From contig JANMQV010000050.1 in the NCBI GenBank assembly GCA_031370645.1, forward strand, positions 1 to 18,776: a stretch of 18,776 bases of DNA, in the 5' to 3' direction. A program made the position numbers and the translations under genes. The DNA is from Candidatus Eiseniibacteriota bacterium. GTDB taxonomy: Bacteria; Eisenbacteria; RBG-16-71-46; SZUA-252. Positions 16,780-18,776 of this stretch are shown here, piece after piece (position 1 is the stretch's first letter; each line of letters starts with the position of its first letter). The notes beneath the pieces are model-generated. The model saw only the letters and a program-made list of their open reading frames with translations. It ran no database searches and had not been told where the DNA came from.

Positions 16780-16792
16780 TGCGCTCGCGGCA

Positions 16793-17143
16793 CTATGGCT
16801 CGAAGTGCCGGTCGAAGTAGATCCATAAGATTCTCGAATATCGAAACACGGCCGGGACCATCGGCACGAACAAGATGCCCGCCGCGATGAGGAGCCGCCC
16901 GAGCGGCCAGCCGGGTAGCACGAGGGCGAGAGCCGCCAAGAGCACGAGTATCACGCCGACCGCGAGCGCGTAACTGAAGTACATGGCGCCCGAGAAGTAG
17001 CCGGGCTCGCGGCTGAACGCGATACCGCACGAGGGGCAGTTTTCGTTCATCCGAACCGCCCCCGAGAAGATGCGCCCGGTCCGGCACTGAGGGCAATGTC
17101 CCTTCCAGATCGCGAGCCATCGGCGCGGCTCCCCCGCGGTCAC
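16793..17143 (-). CDS. DUF983-like membrane protein with two CxxC motifs
   Basis: The GTG at 17143 overlaps the upstream stop (GTGA). CPQCRTGRIF...CPSCG...EPGYFSGAMYFSY is followed by two hydrophobic helices and RYSRILW. About 116 aa. Confidence 0.75.
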   Translation of the reverse strand: MTAGEPRRWLAIWKGHCPQCRTGRIFSGAVRMNENCPSCGIAFSREPGYFSGAMYFSYALAVGVILVLLAALALVLPGWPLGRLLIAAGILFVPMVPAVFRYSRILWIYFDRHFEP

Positions 17144-17787
17144 GGCTGCGGCAGGACGGGGCGCGGCAATCCGAAGATCGACTCCGCCGTGACGCGCGTG
17201 TAATTCGGTCCGCCGAGCCGCGCGATCACGTCGAGCTTCGCGGCATCGACGCGTCCGTTCGTGAGGACGGCCTCCGCGAGGTGAAAGTAGACGACTTCCC
17301 CGATCACGTAGTTCGCGTGGTACGGCCCCTCGCCATGCTCCACGATCTTGTACAACTTGCACTCCAACGCCACGGGGCATTCCGCCGCGCGAAACGGCTT
17401 CACCTTCACGCTCGGCGCCTTGGTGAACCCCGCTTCGACGAATTCGTCCACCTCCGGCGGGTAATCGGCCGAGGCCTGGTTCATTCTTTCGCGCAACGCC
17501 CAGGGAACGAGGTGGATGACGAACTCCCCGGTATCGCGGACGTTGTGGAGCGTGTCCTTGTCGCGGCCGGTCCCGGTCGTCACGGGCATGAAGACGACCG
17601 AAGGCGGGTGCGCCCCGCCCGCGTTGAAAAAGGAGAAGGGCGCAAGGTTCGAAACGCCTGTCTTCGAAAGCGAAGAGACGAACGCGATCGGCCGCGGGAC
17701 GACGCAGCCGGTCAGGAGCGCATAGGCATCGGCCGGCGCAATGCTGGCCGGGTCGATGTGGCGAAATGCAGCAGCGTCGGCGCTCAC
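17140..17787 (-). CDS. Flavin reductase family protein (FMN-binding split barrel, DIM6/NTAB-like)
   Basis: VVPRPIAFVSS, NLAPFSFFN, KDTLHNVRDTGEFV, VDEF, PVALECKL and IARLGG. This family is often found next to homogentisate pathway genes. Confidence 0.88.
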   Translation of the reverse strand: MSADAAAFRHIDPASIAPADAYALLTGCVVPRPIAFVSSLSKTGVSNLAPFSFFNAGGAHPPSVVFMPVTTGTGRDKDTLHNVRDTGEFVIHLVPWALRERMNQASADYPPEVDEFVEAGFTKAPSVKVKPFRAAECPVALECKLYKIVEHGEGPYHANYVIGEVVYFHLAEAVLTNGRVDAAKLDVIARLGGPNYTRVTAESIFGLPRPVLPQP

Positions 17788-17797
17788 GAAGTACCCG

Positions 17798-18775
17798 TCA
17801 TCCGGTCGCGCCTTCGCCCGTGAATCCCTCCGGCGTCTCGAGCCACGAGTAGGGATAGCTCTTGTCGTCGTAGGCCTCGGCGTCGGTCGTCACGTTGAGC
17901 GGATAGAACGTGTCGAGCATGACGGCGAGTTCCTTCGTCTCCTTCGCGCCCAGCGACGCTTCCGTCGCGCCCGGGTGCGGGCCGTGCGGGATCCCCGACG
18001 GGTGGAGCGTGAATGAACCGACCTCGATGCCGCGGCGGCTCATGAAATTCCCGTTCACGTAGTAGAGCACCTCGTCCGAATCGACGTTCGAGTGGTTATA
18101 CGGCACCGGCACGGAGAGCGGATGGTAGTCGTACATTCGCGGCACGAACGAGCAGATGACGAAATTCCGTCCCTCGAAGGTCTGGTGGGTCGGCGGCGGC
18201 TGGTGGATCCGGCCGGTAATCGGCTCGAAGTCCTCGATGTTGAAGGCGTAGGGATAGAGATAGCCGTCCCACCCGATGGCGTCGAGCGGGTGGTAGTCGA
18301 ATTGGTACGCGGTGATCTGATTCCGCGCTTTGATCCGGACTTCGAATTTCCCTTTCTCCACGAATGTCTCGAGTCGCTCCGGGCGGCGGAAATCGCGCTC
18401 GCACATCGGAGAATGCTCCAGCAGTTGCCCGTACTCGTTTCGGTAACGCCGCGGTGTTTCCACCGAAGAAACCGACTCAATGACGAGATAGCGCTGCGCG
18501 TCGGCGCTCGGAAGGAATTTGTATGTCGTTCCGCGCGGAATCACGACGTAGTCGCCGGGGCGGTAGTGGAGTTCGCCGAAGATCGTCTGAAGGCGTCCGG
18601 TCCCTTCATGAATGAAGTAGACGTCGTCCCCCTGCCCGTTCCGGTAGAAGTAGGTCATCGGCTTGTCCGGCACGGCGATCGCCATCGAGACGTCGTTGTT
18701 CGCCAGCAACACGACCCGCCCGGTGACCGCATCGCCGCTCTTCACGAGCGGCTTCGTCTTGAAGTGGTAGTGGCG
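17798..18775 (-). CDS. hmgA: Homogentisate 1,2-dioxygenase (5' partial)
   Basis: The frame is open to the window end (RHYHFKTKPLVKSGD...). Motifs YFYRNGQGDD, GDYVVIPRG, HPLDAIGWDG, GRIHQPPPTHQTF, Fe-ligand regions PYNHSNVDSDEVLYY and HPSGIPHGPHPG, and ELAVMLDTF. Confidence 0.92.
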   Translation of the reverse strand, partial: RHYHFKTKPLVKSGDAVTGRVVLLANNDVSMAIAVPDKPMTYFYRNGQGDDVYFIHEGTGRLQTIFGELHYRPGDYVVIPRGTTYKFLPSADAQRYLVIESVSSVETPRRYRNEYGQLLEHSPMCERDFRRPERLETFVEKGKFEVRIKARNQITAYQFDYHPLDAIGWDGYLYPYAFNIEDFEPITGRIHQPPPTHQTFEGRNFVICSFVPRMYDYHPLSVPVPYNHSNVDSDEVLYYVNGNFMSRRGIEVGSFTLHPSGIPHGPHPGATEASLGAKETKELAVMLDTFYPLNVTTDAEAYDDKSYPYSWLETPEGFTGEGATG

Positions 18776-18776
18776 G

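Noticed and set aside
17144-17380. N-terminal extension of the DUF983-like ORF as given in the ORF track
   Set aside because: It overlaps the flavin reductase gene. The coupled GTG at 17143 gives a compact protein starting just before the first CxxC.
1063-17787. Genome-wide UGA reassignment suggested by the UCA tRNA
   Set aside because: Most genes end in TGA at family-typical lengths, several with ATGA, TGATG or GTGA coupling, and no recognised gene has an internal TGA.

Overview
This is a high-GC bacterial chromosomal window with 15 protein-coding genes and one tRNA-like gene. From left to right: two tandem paralogous secreted proteins (- strand, the first cut by the window edge, the complete one with a Cys/His motif), then a class I/II PLP aminotransferase. 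Next is a divalent-metal homeostasis cluster: a His-tailed EamA/DMT transporter, a CzcD-type CDF, a small CxxC/HGPP protein and czcCBA-type RND efflux genes. A convergent cyanophycin operon follows (cphB, cphA, and a coupled CphA paralog that keeps the Mur-ligase domain but lacks the ATP-grasp domain). The last run, on the - strand, is hmgA (partial), a flavin reductase, a DUF983-like protein, the tRNA and a beta-carbonic anhydrase. The three most notable observations are (1) a tRNA-Sec-shaped gene with a UCA anticodon but a non-canonical acceptor arm and no G73, wedged between protein genes, (2) the ATP-grasp-less cyanophycin synthetase paralog, and (3) a possible metal-sensing ribosome-arrest leader in front of czcC. 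All calls come from reading motifs by eye; no database searches were run.
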